Shown: positions 18,042 to 35,654 of the stretch, one piece after another | Numbering within the stretch: the first letter of the stretch is position 1 | Layout: the number at the start of each line of letters is the position of its first letter | Origin: the human T2T-CHM13v2.0 reference genome, Homo sapiens | NCBI RefSeq assembly: GCF_009914755.1 | Contig: NC_060927.1 | Length of the DNA stretch: 64,000 nucleotides | Reading direction: 5' to 3' (one strand) | The notes under the pieces: model-generated | Seen by the model: the letters and a program-made list of their open reading frames with translations, nothing else | What the model was told of the DNA's origin: nothing | Databases searched by the model: none | Translations under genes and position numbers: made by a program

Positions 18042-20293
18042 ATGTCTTTAAAGGAATTTGTCCATCTATCTGGGCTAATTTGTTGGCATACAACTGTTCA
18101 TAGTATTCTACACTCCATTTTATTTCCGTAAAGTCAGTAGTAATGTCCCCTCTTAGTTTCTGATTTTGGTACTTTGAATCTTCTCTATTTGTTACTTAGT
18201 CAGTCCACCTAAAGTTTGTCAACTTTGTTGATCTTTTCAAAAAGCTAACTTTTGGTTTCACTAATTTTCTCTATTTTTTTCTATTATCTCATTTATTTCC
18301 CCTCCAATCTCTGTTATTTATTTTATTCTGCTTGCTTTAGGTTTAGTTTTCTCTTCTTTTTCTACTTTCCTAAAATGTAAGGTTAGGTTATTGATTTGAG
18401 ATTTCTTATTTTCTATTAAATAATATAAATGTTTATAGTTATAAATTTCCCTGTAAGCATTGCTATAGCTGCCTCTCATAAGTTTGGATATGCTGTTTTC
18501 ATTTTCATTCATCTCAAAATATTTTCTACTCTCCTTTGAAGTATCTTCTTTGATTCTTTGGTTATTTAGAAGTATATTGTATAATTTCCACCTATCTGTG
18601 AATTCCCAACATTTCCTTTTGTTATTTATAATTTCATTCCATTGTGGTCAGAGAACATACTTTATACAATTCCTTAAATGCCTGTACCAAATGAGTTTCT
18701 TATACTTTACTGAGGGGCTCTGTGTATGTGTGTGAGGGCCACAGGCCTTACATGCTCAGGCATGCAGTTTATAACTCTGCCTTAGGCTTCACTTTCTGCT
18801 TCCACAGAGCCTCAAGGTCAGCCAGAGGTGAGAGCTTAGGGCCTTCTCAATCCTTTCCTGAGCACGTGCATTGCCCTGGGCCGTTGCACACAGCCCTACA
18901 CAGACCCATGACCTTTCAGATTCCCAGGGATATGTTGGAAGTTTCTAGTGCCCACTAGGGGATCTCCTTCCTCAGCTTATCCTCTTAAGATTTTTAGTCA
19001 GCTTCTTGCTCACTCAACTGTTACTGCCTCTTCAGTCAGCTGTGATGCTAAATAAATGTTGCTGATTGTTTTTGATAAATACCAGGTTTTTTAAAAAGTC
19101 TACTTGCACTGAGCAAGGTCTGAGTCAGGTGAAATAAATATAAGTACTTAGAATGGGAGTTTAAAGGGAAGTGCCAGACAGGTCAAATAATGACAATGTG
19201 AGAACTGTGGGACATGGGAGCCTTAACCCTGATCTGCTCCCTCCAATGGCTGCTAGGCTGCTGGTTTTCACCCTGATTTGAGCAGCTGTTGGCTTTTAAG
19301 ATTATCATGGAGCTGAGAAGAGGGAGATGGGTATATGGCAAGTTAAAATGCCACAAAGCTTGCTATTCTTACCAAGATTCAGCTGTTTTTCTTGATTAAA
19401 CACTCCTTGGATTGTTACAAGCCTTTAGTTAATTTCCCCATCCAAAGAAGTTGATTGTGACAACTTTTGTCAGTATTTTTGTTGCTTTTATGTAGGACTA
19501 TATTTTTGGAGATCCTTCCTCTGCCATTCCTGCTGATGTCCTAATTTCTTACTTTTAAGCTAAAAATATACAGACTTGGAAAGTCTATTATTTTCTACCC
19601 ACATTCCAGTACATCATCCAGTGCACCCCATTTGGGAGGCTACCAGTATAAAATAAAAACTTCCTTCAAAATACTCAATTCAGGTTTATATTCTATCTGA
19701 AGGTCATATCATGACCTTCACATGATTAGGATGAGTCCTTCTGCCTTTTCCAGACCTCCTGCAGCAGCTCCATTCTCTTGGTCCATTGGATTGAAACTCA
19801 GAATTAGCTGACACTTCCCTTCCTCTCCTGCTTCCACATCCCCTCAAGTCATCCCTCATAATCTTACCCACACATGATCCTCCTTTTCCATTACCAGTGC
19901 ACCTTTGTCTCTTGCTTGCCACCATCTCTACCCTGTTTACCAACAGTAAATGAATCTTCATATAAACGTCAGTTTGATGAATTTGCTCCAGGGGCTCAGA
20001 GGGTTTCCACCAACCTCTTCTTGCCTTCTGGATAAAACCTAGCCTTCTTAGTGTGGCTGTCCACGTTTTCACAATCTGGACCCAACTTGAACTAGAAGTC
20101 ATACAACTTGGGTTCTGATTCCAGCTTAGTTTGTAATGATACACAAAGATATAGAGCAAAGATATAGAGCACAGAGATATAGAGCAATATTGAGTGCCCA
20201 CTATATGCTGAACCCATAGTTCAGGGAGCTATAGATAGGTAAACCCCTAGTTACAATATATTGTAGCCAAGAACTAGGTAGAAGAATCAATTA

Positions 20294-20692
<399 letters not shown>

Positions 20693-20973
20693 TCATAAAG
20701 ATGATTGTTATTATTAAAACAACTATATATAAATAAAAATAAATAGAAATTACAAAGATGCTCGGTTTTTATTACCTATTTAGTCTTGGTGTCTTCATTT
20801 GAATAATGGTTTGGGCAACTTAATGAGAATAAATACTTTATTACAGGTGAACATTTTGTGGGGTACCTTTTATAAACAGAGTTCTATAATCACACTGTGA
20901 AAACATTAATGATTACTGATACCTCACCTTCATAATAAAAAACAATGATATGAGAAAAAAAGCAGTTACTTAC

Positions 20974-21023
20974 GCTCTGCTTTTAACTGTCCAAGGATGG
21001 AATTTTCTCCTCTGCACATGGTT
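20974..21023 (-). CDS. PLD1: PLD1 coding exon (probably 23), 50 nt: (R)TMCRGENSILGQLKAE(L)
   Basis: Acceptor ttttcag|AACCATG, donor GAGC|gtaagt. Ends in phase 1. The next exon was not found in 1..20973. Confidence 0.94.
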
Positions 21024-22994
21024 CTGAAAATATGTAAAGGAGAAAATAATTACAGAGGTTTCAAAACAACCAATCCCATGCAGTATCTGTAGGTTTAATC
21101 CTAACACAAGTAAAAACAGAACAAGTGCTTCTATGAGAAGATGCTACATATATATCTAAATGCTAAAAACAGTTACATGAATATCACTTTTGTAATGCTA
21201 CTAATAGGGACATGATAGTTGTTTTGAGGTAGGTAAATGGAAAAGTTATAAAATTCGTGTTAGATTTCAGAAAGAGAGGCTATTAAAAAAAGAAGGGTCA
21301 TGAATGAACTTTCCCTCTTACAAAACTGGGTAACAGCAAAGATAAATTTAGAATGCATCAGTAGATAAGAATACTTAGAGAATCACATTGCTCTCAGAGG
21401 TGAAAAGGGCAAGCACTTAGCAGAATAATTTACAAATTAAACTATTAGAATGGACTGTCTTTAAATTCAGCAAAACCACTAAAAACGAAAAATATAGTCT
21501 CAAATAAAGGACTCTGCTAATGATTTTGTTTCTTAAGACTCTGATAATCACTGATGAATTATAAAATCTGACAAAACCAAAAATTCTATGCTTCATCTGC
21601 TTGCTCTATGAGAGTAATAAAGAGTATACTTATGCCTGAGAAATGCTATTATTAAAGATGATGCCAGCAAATAGAGATGTTTTTGCATAATAAAAGGTTA
21701 TAGTTTTTGTTTCTGAACAAAAGCCAAATGTGTTATTTCATTCAGCTGGTTCGAAGGCAAGAAAATAGTCATAGAAAACAATTACAATTAACAATATTAC
21801 AAAAATAATATTAGAATGGCGAATGAAATTGATAAAATTCAATTAAACATTATGTCAGAGCCTTAAATACTTGAAAAGCTTTATCATTTTATAAATCAGA
21901 TAATATTAGAAATGTGCAAATCTTCAGTCCAAGTATATAGGCCAAAGCACAGTTAAAGCTCTCTTGTACTGTAACTAGGCAGAAGCACCCTGGAGGAAAC
22001 AAACAAACAAAAATCTTTCCTTGAAATCCTGGCAGATAAACAGATACAAGCTTGAAACATCAGTAAGAAAAAAGAGGATTAAAAAAAAATTTCCACTACA
22101 ATGGTGCACTCGAACTGTGCACAGATCCTCCAGCAGGAGCATCTGGCGAGGGGGCCCAAGCAGGAGGGCATCTAAGTCTCCACCCCCGATTTGACCAAGG
22201 CCCTGACCCCTAATCTGCTTTACTTACCAAAGGTTCTATGTAAAGTATCATTCGTCCTCTCCCACCTTTCAGAAGGGTTTGATTAGAAAGGTGAGAAACT
22301 ACAGGTGGTTCAGAAAAATAAGAGATTTTGGTTAAGTGACCCTGAGAGAAGGTCAGAGGTGCATTTCCATCCCCATCTATGCAGGCTTTCTAGCCTGTGC
22401 TCCCCCAACCCACCAGCTAGCACTTTCCAGCCCTTTTCACAATGCTCCACTGGCCAAATCTGAAGCCTCAAGAGGAACCCAAGTGTGCCCTTTTAAATAA
22501 ATATAAAAACTCAGCTTTTAAAAATATCAAGCACAAAACTTTCCCTAAAATTTTAACAAAGATGTGGTAGAGAAAACAAAATTCCGGGAATTTATTTACT
22601 AACAGAGGCTATCATTATCAACCTTGTTGAAGGACTTGCTACCTAAAGAATCATAACCAAACACAAGCAAATCTTACCATTTCAGGCATTTAATTTTTTC
22701 TCTATTTACTGCAAAGTACATGTAAAGCTCAATAGCTATTTACCCACTTAAAGATAAGTTTTAATCAACATTATACATATATAGAAATAGACAGTAACTA
22801 TACAAGAAGGACTAATATTTTAGTTCTTTTATGTTTGCCATGTGTCTTAGGCCAATCATTTATCATTGTAGGCTCCATTTGAATTTTATCAACTAGCAAA
22901 CGGGCCAAGATTTGAAAGTAAAATAAAGTGTTCATTTGTTCCCCACTCCACCGAATGGATGTGGAGAAACACTGCCATTCCCTTCATCAGCTTA

Positions 22995-23540
<546 letters not shown>

Positions 23541-23736
23541 CTAGAGCCGTGGAAATAGTAGACATTCAGTTAATAATTGTTGAGTAAATCAGTTCTCATA
23601 GCCTAGATCGCAGGGGCAAAAAGACACACTGGACCCATTACATTTTCCAAAACAGAAGTCATCATTATCTACTTAGAAACTCTGAGTTTTCAGCTGTAAA
23701 ATGTTACCCTAGGCCCTTTAAGAATTCTGAGTGGCC

Positions 23737-24250
<514 letters not shown>

Positions 24251-25552
24251 TTATTCAGAATCAAAAGCTATTAACGTTCTTGTCTCTATTTATAGGATAT
24301 ACAGGGAGAAGAAAAAGCCTCGAAAGGAATGTGACATACACTGTGATCAATGAATCTCGCTGGGATATCCGGGAGGACTATATTCACACAAAGGTGTTGT
24401 CATTGGTTAATTTTCAAGTCCGATCCTACTTAAACTTCTCATTTCTAAAGTGCATTTTCTTCTAAACAACTAAATTTTTCTTTCATGTGAATATTATCAG
24501 TACTCTTTGGGGGATCAGATTTTATTACTGATGTCTCTAAAGTCGATGTCAGGGCAAGTGGAAAGAGAAGTTCAGGGCAGAAATGACTACCAACAATGAA
24601 ATTTGGAGGCCTGTGAGTTTGGCTGCCATGCTAAGAAACAAGGATCTTGAGTAGGTTGTTGTAATGGCATGGATTATTCACTAGATGGCAAACATAGTTT
24701 GAGTTGGAAAGAAGACATTAAAAAATGTAAACTGTTCAAGTTTGCTGCTTGGTAAGAATAAAAGGCTCACATCCCTAAATGGTGAGCAGGATAGCGAAAA
24801 AGAACAGACAAAAAAAAAAAAAAAGAAAAGAAAACCTAAGCTATTAAGCTATTTCCCCACAGCCAACATTTAAAAGTCAAAAAATTAAACTGGACAGTTA
24901 AAAATGGATGTCATTTGGCCTCAACTGCCTTTTCAGAATTCAGGATTATACTGCCTTACAGTATAATCCTCCCATCACCACAGCCCAGTGACAGGAGACT
25001 ACCACCCTTTGTTCAGAGGTACACCTTCCTACTAATAAAGCTTGGCTCATCAGCCTTCTGGGCCTCCAGTGAATCCCACTTCTTCTAGGTCACCTTATTG
25101 GCTATTTCCTCTGCCAAGCCACTTGGCTCTTCCAGTCAGAGTTGTTTTATTCTTGCCTCGGCACTCATAGCACATGGCCAGGATGTCTGTTCTGCACTCT
25201 TTCTGCTTTACACGATAGTGATACACACATCTGCTCTCTAGGCTATGTGATAAGCTCCTTTGAAACACAGGATGCCTGCCCACATATCTTTCTGGTTTTG
25301 GTAGTACCCAATCAAAGACCCTTGCACATGCTATGCACTCGGTATTATTTGCTTTAGGAGGATGGGATCAGGTTGGAAAAATGTTTCTGGGGAAGTTTCT
25401 GGTAGAGAAGAGGTTAAGCTGAACAGGAATTTTTTCCTTTAAATTAAATTACATTTTGTTTGTAAAGTGTATATAATATATTACATACATTTTTTTCTTT
25501 AAATAAAATTATATTTTATGTCTTTAAATTAAATTACATTTTATTGTGGTAA

Positions 25553-25878
<326 letters not shown>

Positions 25879-26650
25879 CCCATTTTTAAGTGTACAGTTC
25901 AGTGGCATCAATTACATATACAATGTTGTACAACTATCATAATGATCTATTCCCAAACCTTTTCAACATCCCAGACAGAAACTCGGTGACTATCCAGTCA
26001 TAACTACCCTGTTTTTCCCTGCCTGCACCCCTTGGAAACCTCTAATCTGCTTGTCTCTATGAATCTGCTGGTTCTGGATTTTGCATATAATTAGAATCAT
26101 ACAATACTTGTCCTTTATGTCTGACTTGTTTCGCTTAGCATAACATCTTCAAGGTTCACCCATGTTGTAGCATGCGTCAGAATTCCCTCCTTTTTAAGAC
26201 TGAATAATATTCCATGGTATGTACATATCACATTCATCTGTTAATGGACACTTATGTTGTTTCCACCTTTTGGCTATTGTGAATAATACTGCTATAATAC
26301 TAGCATACAGTATCTGTGAGTCCCTGTTTTCAGTTCTTTGGGGTTTATATTCAGGAATGGAACTGCTGGGTCATGTGGTCATTCTATGTTTAGCATTTTG
26401 AGGAACTACCAAACAGGTTACTTTCAAATGAGTAACATATGCTCATAGTACAAAATGTAAGAGGTAGATGATTATACAGTGAAAAAAAATCTCTCTCACT
26501 CCTTCATCCTGAGGGCAACTCCTGTTAACAGTTTCCTCCATGTTCTTTTAGAAATAGTGTAAGAATTTATAAGAATATATGTATTTTTTCCTTCTACACA
26601 AATATTAGAATACTATAAACACTTTTCTGAACATGATTTTTATCATTTAA

Positions 26651-26987
<337 letters not shown>

Positions 26988-28882
26988 AGAACATAGTTAC
27001 TTTTTAAGAACAGGGAGGTAATATTCTACCATGCATCTATACTTTAATATTTAAACCAGTTCTTTACTGATAGGCATTTAAATTGCTTCTAATTTTTTTT
27101 CTATTTCAAAGTAACTATTTTGATATTTACGCTGACTAACAAAAGTAATTTTTCACATTTGTTGGAAAAATCTTACAAGTGGTATTGCTGGTCTTTGACA
27201 CAAATGTTTGTGATGATGTTTGTAAGAGACAGTTCTATTTTATCTTTTTTTTTAAGCAAAAATGATTTTACAAGGGAGATCTCATATGTATGATATTGAG
27301 AAATGTCCTATAAAAATATTATAAAACATTCTTGCAAATTTTAGTTTGTAGGAATCAGAATATTCACATTTTCTTGTTTTTAGGACTCTCTTAGCTCCAT
27401 AACAAGCCCTTTGCTATTTTACAATATGGTAGCTCATAAATTTCCTGAATGATGAAAATTTTAAACTGCGTTCAGCAAACTAGTGGAAACTATTTAGATT
27501 TTCACTGCTGTAGAAAAAAGGGCTCTGGAATTTCAAACGCAAAATTGTGGTTGAATGTAAGCCAAAGCACAGAAGATTCCATGGGACACTGTGTCCAATC
27601 TGCCTCCTTGATCCAATCCACAGAGGACAAGAGTTCCAGCTGCTGAGGAATCCAACGTCCTTCGGAAATACTGAATCCTCACAACATGGGGGTTGTGGAA
27701 ATGATAGCATTCAGCTTAGGGTAAGAATCTGAGCCCCTAGTGTATAAAATATTTATGATCTTAAAAGCAATCTTGCTTTTGGGGCTAGTGGGCACTAAGC
27801 CCCGGATAACTACCCATCATGCCAGCAATCACTTCATCCACATTAGTTCAAAGCAATTTCTACCAAACAGCATTCTCAGGCTTCTTGTTAAAAGTTTTTC
27901 TTCAAAATTCACTAACTCTTATGGCAGTGCTACGTATAATAGCTAAAAATTGGAAATAAATGTCCAATAATAAAGGAATGGTTAAATTATGTTGAGCCAG
28001 TCAATGGAATGATCACCTTGTAGCCACTAAAAATGACCGCTATGAAGGCTCAGTAGCACAATACTTCTGGTACTGTGTTAAAATGGCCCCAATGCAATGT
28101 TATAAGAGAATAAAAATGTGGCAGGCCAATGCTATAAAACATTAAATCATTTTTCCCTTTAAATGTGTTAACTTCCCCCACTCTGTGACCGGAGAAACGA
28201 AGCAGGCATTGCTCCCGGGGTGGCACTCTCACAAGGGAAGCAGGACACAAAAACATCAACTTCTTTTAGATTTGGGGAACTGGAGAGATTCTCTAAGCTG
28301 AGGCAGGAGTGTAGAGAAATAAGAGCAAGACTCAGGGCAAGGAATCAGTCCTTTGGCCTCAAGCTGAGTTCGGGGAAAAACAGGATAGACCCCACTCTCT
28401 TTTCAATGTGAGGATATGAGAGCCAGGAGGATCTGTGCCTTGCTTTCAGGTGAACTCCAGAGAAATGTGGAGCATGTCGTTCAGCAGCTATGCGATGTGG
28501 CAGGAGCAGAGGAGAAGTGGTAGAGAGGCAGGCCTGAAAGGTGAAGGCTGACGTCCCCAAGCTACGTTAAGCAGATGCCAGAACAGGCCGGAGGGAGATC
28601 AACATCAGTGTCTGGAAGCCCCTTTCCAAAGATCCAGGGCCCCATAGCATTAAGATCAAGGACGGGATGTGGAGGGAGAGGAGGCAGGAGTAGAACCCTG
28701 ATGCTGAATATAGAAGGGAAATAATGAGAAATCACTGAATTTGGCCACATTTATCAGGAAGTGCCAAAACTAAAACTAAAACCCCTCCTATTGTGTGGAA
28801 ATGCGCTTGAGCTAGAAATTCAGATGAACTCTAGGAAAAGAAAATAAATTACAATTCAACAGAAAATAGTAGTGTGTGTGTA

Positions 28883-29048
28883 TTAGCCAGGCGTGGTGGC
28901 GGGCGCCTGTAGTCCCAGCTACTCAGGAGGCTGAGGCAGGAGAATGGCGTGAACCCGGGAGGCGGAGCTTGGCAGTGAGCCAAAATCGCGGCACTGCACT
29001 CCAGCAGCCCGGGCGACAGAGCGAGAATCCGTCTCAAAAAAAAAAAAA
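28883..29048 (+). mobile_element. 5'-truncated AluY (right arm)
   Basis: Starts at ttagccaggcgtgg; contains gagaatggcgtgaacccggg. Confidence 0.87.
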
Positions 29049-29457
29049 TTAATTTTAAAATTTTTGTGATTGCTATAAAGCTGTTTGTACCTTTAAAAGC
29101 AGAGTACGAATGTACCATGTAGATGGGTCACAGCAGTGATGTACCTCTACTTTCCTTTTCTTGTTTTTCTCTGCTGCATAAGCCCCTCCTCCTTCACCCA
29201 CAGTCCCTCCTCAGCATGAAGGACAGTTAGGAGAAGCTTGATCTGCTCACAACTGGGTCTCAGGGTCTGGCAAGAAGGCCCCGAGGAAGCTTGATATGCT
29301 TCGCTAGTGACAAGACACTTTATTTTTTTGAGAATTTGAGATTTATAGTTTGTATTTCATTACTGTAAACTTCAAGAGCTGCTATAAATCGTCTCGTTGT
29401 AGATTTTGCAGCAGTGAATACTGTCAGAAATAGGAAGAATTGTGGTTAGGGCTTAGG

Positions 29458-29482
29458 GTGTGTGTGTGTGTGTGTGTGTGTG
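29458..29482. repeat. (GT)n microsatellite
   Basis: Seen directly. Confidence 0.92.
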
Positions 29483-30265
29483 TAAAGAGAATTTTATACT
29501 ATGGTGGTATCAATTATGTTGGAATTGGATCTGTAGCTTCTTGGTCGTTTGGGACATAACCCCTTTTATTTTGTGCTTGGCAAATCCTTTAAAAGGAGAA
29601 GATCCTTCTGGGCTTCAGTTTCCTCATCTGCACATGAAAGAACTGGCTAAAATCATGACTAGTCCACTAGAAATGCTGGCCCTATTTAGCACTGACTTTA
29701 CCTATCCTCTATGTGACTTCATAGATTATGAACTATTATATATTGTGCACAAACACACATCAGTTTTCTCATTGGTTATCTTTTGAAAATGGCAAGCTTT
29801 CAAACATAAGAATGCTGAGGGATTCCCCAGCATGTTTGACTTAGACTTCACCCTGGGCTTGATAGTCTTTGGCAAGCCTAGCCCTGAGTGGCCCCCAAAT
29901 GAGGTTATATAGAACCTTATACTAAACTGTTCCCACTATGGCCCAGACGGTTTTCATTGTCATTTTTAAGTCTCCTTCTTCCTTCCTCTCTTTTCCAGGG
30001 CACATGCTCAGGCTCAAAATGAGTGCTGGCCCCTGCCCTGTGCTAATCTTTACATTTCTCTATCTGCTGAGGTTACCATTTTATACAATTTTTAGAATAG
30101 AATAAAAGCATTTACATGACCTAAATCAAAAGGTCTCCTGCCACGATCTGTTGTCATCTGTGTCCCAAGGTAACCTCTTCTCCAGAAATCGTACAGAGCT
30201 TGGGAGTTATCCCACAAGAAAAAATGTGAAACCAATGATTGGCATACTTAGATAAAATGTGTTTT

Positions 30266-30656
<391 letters not shown>

Positions 30657-30737
30657 TTATGGACATAGATTTTTCTTTAAACCCAAGAACTTTTAATCTA
30701 TCAAACATTGCTTTTAAAAAATAAAACATTCATCTGA

Positions 30738-30898
30738 TTTTTTTTTTCTTTTTGTGACAGGGTCTTGCTCTGTTACCCAGGCTGGAGTGCAGTGGTGCAA
30801 TCATGGCGCACTGCAGCCTTCACCTCCCAGGCTAAGAGATCCTCCCACCTCAGCTTCCCGGATGGCTGGGACCACAGGCATGTACCAGCACACTCAGC

Positions 30899-30931
<33 letters not shown>

Positions 30932-31048
30932 TAGAGACTAGGTCTCACTATGTTGCACAGACTGGTCTTGAACTCCTGAACTCAAGTGATCTTCCTGCCT
31001 CGGCCTCCCAAAGTGCTAGAATCAAAGGCATAAGCCACAGTGCCCAGC
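30738..31048 (-). mobile_element. AluJ
   Basis: Diverged dimer with J-type gatcctcccacctcagc / tctcactatgttg. Confidence 0.85.
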
Positions 31049-32143
31049 TCATTCAATTTTTTATATTTCAAAATAAAGTATTTTTCATAGATTTCTGGGA
31101 GGCTTACCATTCGAAAATTTCTACATCCCTTGAAATGGGGGAAGCTTTGTAGCTTACTGGTAAAAAGCACAAGTTGAGGTCCTACAGACATGGTTTGAGT
31201 CCTACTCCTATCCAACCATAGCTGTATGACTTGGCTAAGTTATCTAATTTCACTAGGCCTCAGCTGCCTCATCTGTAGAATGGGAGTAATTACACAACCA
31301 ATCCCATAAAGTTGATACAAAGACTGAATGAGGTAACACAGGTATAGCACTGATTATGTGGAAAGACTCAGAAACTATTTGGTAACATTTTTATTCAATT
31401 ATATCAATTGCTGATTTCAATTAGAAGGCTTGCATATCTTCAAATAACAACAAAGTAAATAGCATCTAAAATTAAAACAATACTAAACTAAACACATATT
31501 ATGCTTCAGAATACATTTTGTTTTACTTTATATTTTGGGGAGAGTGTTATCAGATCAATAACAGGGAAATCAAAAATTGATTCCCAGGAAGAGTCAGCTA
31601 TAGGTTTCTGGCAGCAAACCTCTAGACAGAGTGTTGTAATCGTGTGCCTAAACAAGTCACATGATGAACAACAGCCAGTCGTGAGAAACCAAAACAAATT
31701 TTTCTTATCCAGAAGTAGCCGTCCAATAATTTAAAATACGGAACATTTAAGCATCTTTTAAATTAAAACATTTCTTTTTCTAGCATAAATACTAATTTTG
31801 AAACAGCTGATTTGAATATGATGCCTCTTTATCCTTGCTTCAATTTACAGTGAACAACATATTTCCAGATGATGAATATCATGGAAATGCTATAATAAGT
31901 TCTTACATGAACTGGTGCTTTACAGCTTACAAACTACTTTCACATATATTCATATAAGCTACGTAGAACAGATAATATTATTCGTGGTTGGTGAAGAAAC
32001 AGCGTGTCAGAAGGACAAACTGACGTACTCAGAAGGTCACATACCTGTGGATAACAGAGCTGGAGAGAATCCAGGTCTCCAGACATCTGGTCCCCCAATA
32101 ATTTCAGATTTCCCAGTGTGGTATTTCCCATACCACCCACTTA

Positions 32144-32548
<405 letters not shown>

Positions 32549-33490
32549 TTAAGTCAACTGACTATTTTCATTGTGTGTGTCAACTGTTTGTTGCTAACAC
32601 TATAAAATGCACTTTCTCACTTCCTGACTTTCTACCAAAGCAGAAAAATTATGCATGTCAAGTTTCCATGTGCAAAGATCTGAGAATCTCCTCAGAAACC
32701 ATTCATTCATGGCACACAGTGTTTAAAAATGTGTCTACCTGGATCAGTTGGTCCTATCTTTTGGCTTAGTCAAACATGGCATAAAACAGTAAATTTTAGA
32801 CTGTGGATTATGATTTTTTTTCTCTCTGATCGCCAATCACATTTGAGCTGTCAAAGAAAGGTTTCAAGTGGGTTGGGCAGCTGGCTTCAACTCTGAGACA
32901 GTTTTACTTATTAGAGTGAAGATTTGTTTTTTGTTTTTTTTTTATTCTGATTCCCCCGGCTGTTCTGAGGTCAGCATGGGGTAAACATGAGTCTGAGGCT
33001 CTAGGTCATGTCAGAACATGAAGGCTTTGCAAAACTTATTTCTATAAAGAATTATGGCTGTTGAGAAGGAACCAGAGGAAGTGAGAGGAACTGAGAAATT
33101 GCTTAGGGGAATTGTTGTGAGGCTGGATTCCAACGCTGGCAGAAAAATACTTAGACCAGTCCAGGGAGTTGGCAATTTGAAGACTCAGATTTCTCCAGGG
33201 TAGGAGGGACCTGGCAGAGGGCCTGTATTCTTTGGTGAGGCCTGGCTGACTGCGGACTGTCATTTCCCTCCATCTGCTTTGGGCTGCATTCTATTCTTTT
33301 TCAAATAGCCAAAATTATACTTGTTGCTAAGAATGTGACTTTGGCAGGGAAGTTCTGAGTCTCAGAAAAGTAGAGACCAGAGAAGTCTATGGAGAGAGAG
33401 GGGTAAGTTTGGGATGGCACATCATGGCACCTAATTAGTGAAAAGGGGTCACCCCAGGGTGGCAACCTGCAAAATATGTTGTTTCTTTCA

Positions 33491-33771
33491 TTTTTTATTT
33501 ATTTATTTTTTTAGAGATGAGGCCTCATTCTATCTCCTAAGCTGGAGTGTAGTGGTGAGATTATAGTTCACTGCAGCCTCATACTCTCAGGCTTAAGGAA
33601 TCCTCTTGCCTCAGCCTCCAAGTAGCTAGAACTACAGGCACACCAAAACATCTGGATAATTTTTTATTTTTTTGTAAAGACAGGTGGTCTCAAATTTCTA
33701 GCCTTTAGAAATCCTCCCGCCTCCGCCTCCCAAAGTGCTGGGATTACAGGTGTGAGCCACCACACCTGCCC
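33491..33771 (-). mobile_element. AluJ
   Basis: Diverged dimer. Confidence 0.8.
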
Positions 33772-34289
33772 AAGATAAGCTTTTTAATTCTGCCTTTACC
33801 TTGCCTAACACAAGCTCACAGAACACAAGCTCACAGATTTGAAATTAAGTGAAAATATATTTTACAGTTGCAATTAACATAGGGAGATTAACAAGAATGC
33901 AGAGACGCCAGGGGTGAGGGGAACATAAAATATGTTTTGAGAATGTGTGTGTGTATCCACTGAAAGTCTAAATGTGTGACATATGTACCATTTTGAAAAT
34001 GTGTCTGTCAAAAAAATGAGACTATTGAGAGATCAGAGCTAAATGACACAGGTTTATTTGAAATTTGATGAACTAATTTCCCATTTTTCACAAAGCAAAC
34101 TTGAAATTGCCAGTCTTTAATGTGCTCTGTCAAACTCCAAGTGTAAGATACAATCTGCAACAGGTGCTACTTTACCATAATTTTTAAAGTCACAGATCCC
34201 TTTTCCTTTCAGGAGCAGCTCATAAGATCACTAGGAAATGTTCTATCAGAAAATATCTTGAAGTTTCTTGTAGCCCTAAAATACTATAA

Positions 34290-34604
<315 letters not shown>

Positions 34605-35654
34605 TAATTTTATTATTTTAGAAGTCCAGATTTTTAAAGACAAATTACTACAGTAAAGAAAAATATTCTTTCAGGCTTCCAAACACTTAAAAACACATCT
34701 TTGGAACAGTATAAAATACCGGGGCCAGGCCCCGATCCAGGAAATTATGATCCAGTAAGCCTGGAGGTGAGTCAAGCTCTCTGTAATCTTGCAAAAGTCA
34801 GTGGTGATTTTGATGTGTAGTCACAGGTGAGATCCACTGTACACACTGCAGGATATGATGGATGCTGTAGTGTGCTGCCTAGATCCCCTCACCATGGGAT
34901 CAAGACATCCATCCCATCAGCTACTGAGCATGTAGGCCACGGAATACTCACAGTGAAGTCCTCCAGGTATGAAAAGTATGGAGTCCTCCATAGGTGAAAG
35001 GGACTTGCCTCACTCAAGGTCATCCCCACTCCCTAGGGTCAGCCTGCATCCAATGGCTGGTCAATAGGGGAAGGGAACTACAGGCCCAACACATTTGCCT
35101 CAGCTTGGGGAAGCCCTGAATGGGTTTTTAATCCTAACCATCAATGCACTAGAGTCATGTGGTGTGAGGGGAAGCATTGGGTTGAAAGTCCAAAGATTTA
35201 GGCTCAAAGCTGTTTTTTGCCTATTGTGGTTAGTGGCCTAGACAAGTCACATAACCTCTTGAATCTCAGTTTTTAATCCTAAAAATGGGAACAGCAACAA
35301 CAGCAATAATAACAACAATAACAACAACAAATACATGACCTACTCTCAAGTGTAGTTGTGAAGATTCAGTGAGATAATGTAGTTATAAACTGTGAATCAC
35401 ATAAAATGCTGATAGTTACTGTTATAATATGTCCTTAAGTATAAAAGTCCCCAAATATTATGTGAAAAAAGATATCAAAGTACCACATGACACTGGAAGT
35501 AAAAAGTGTTTTAATTCCCAAATGCATATGCACTTATTCTTCACTGCGTGCATTCAATGACTTAAAGTAATGAAATATAATGGTTTTGCTTATGTGTTTG
35601 TTCTGCTACTTTTAAATGGAGCTGAAATCAGCCATAAGAAGAAATTGTCCCTGG

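Noticed and set aside
19704-20201. 165-aa minus-strand ORF
   Set aside because: No recognisable domain; it overlaps L2-like degenerate sequence and a tandem repeat.
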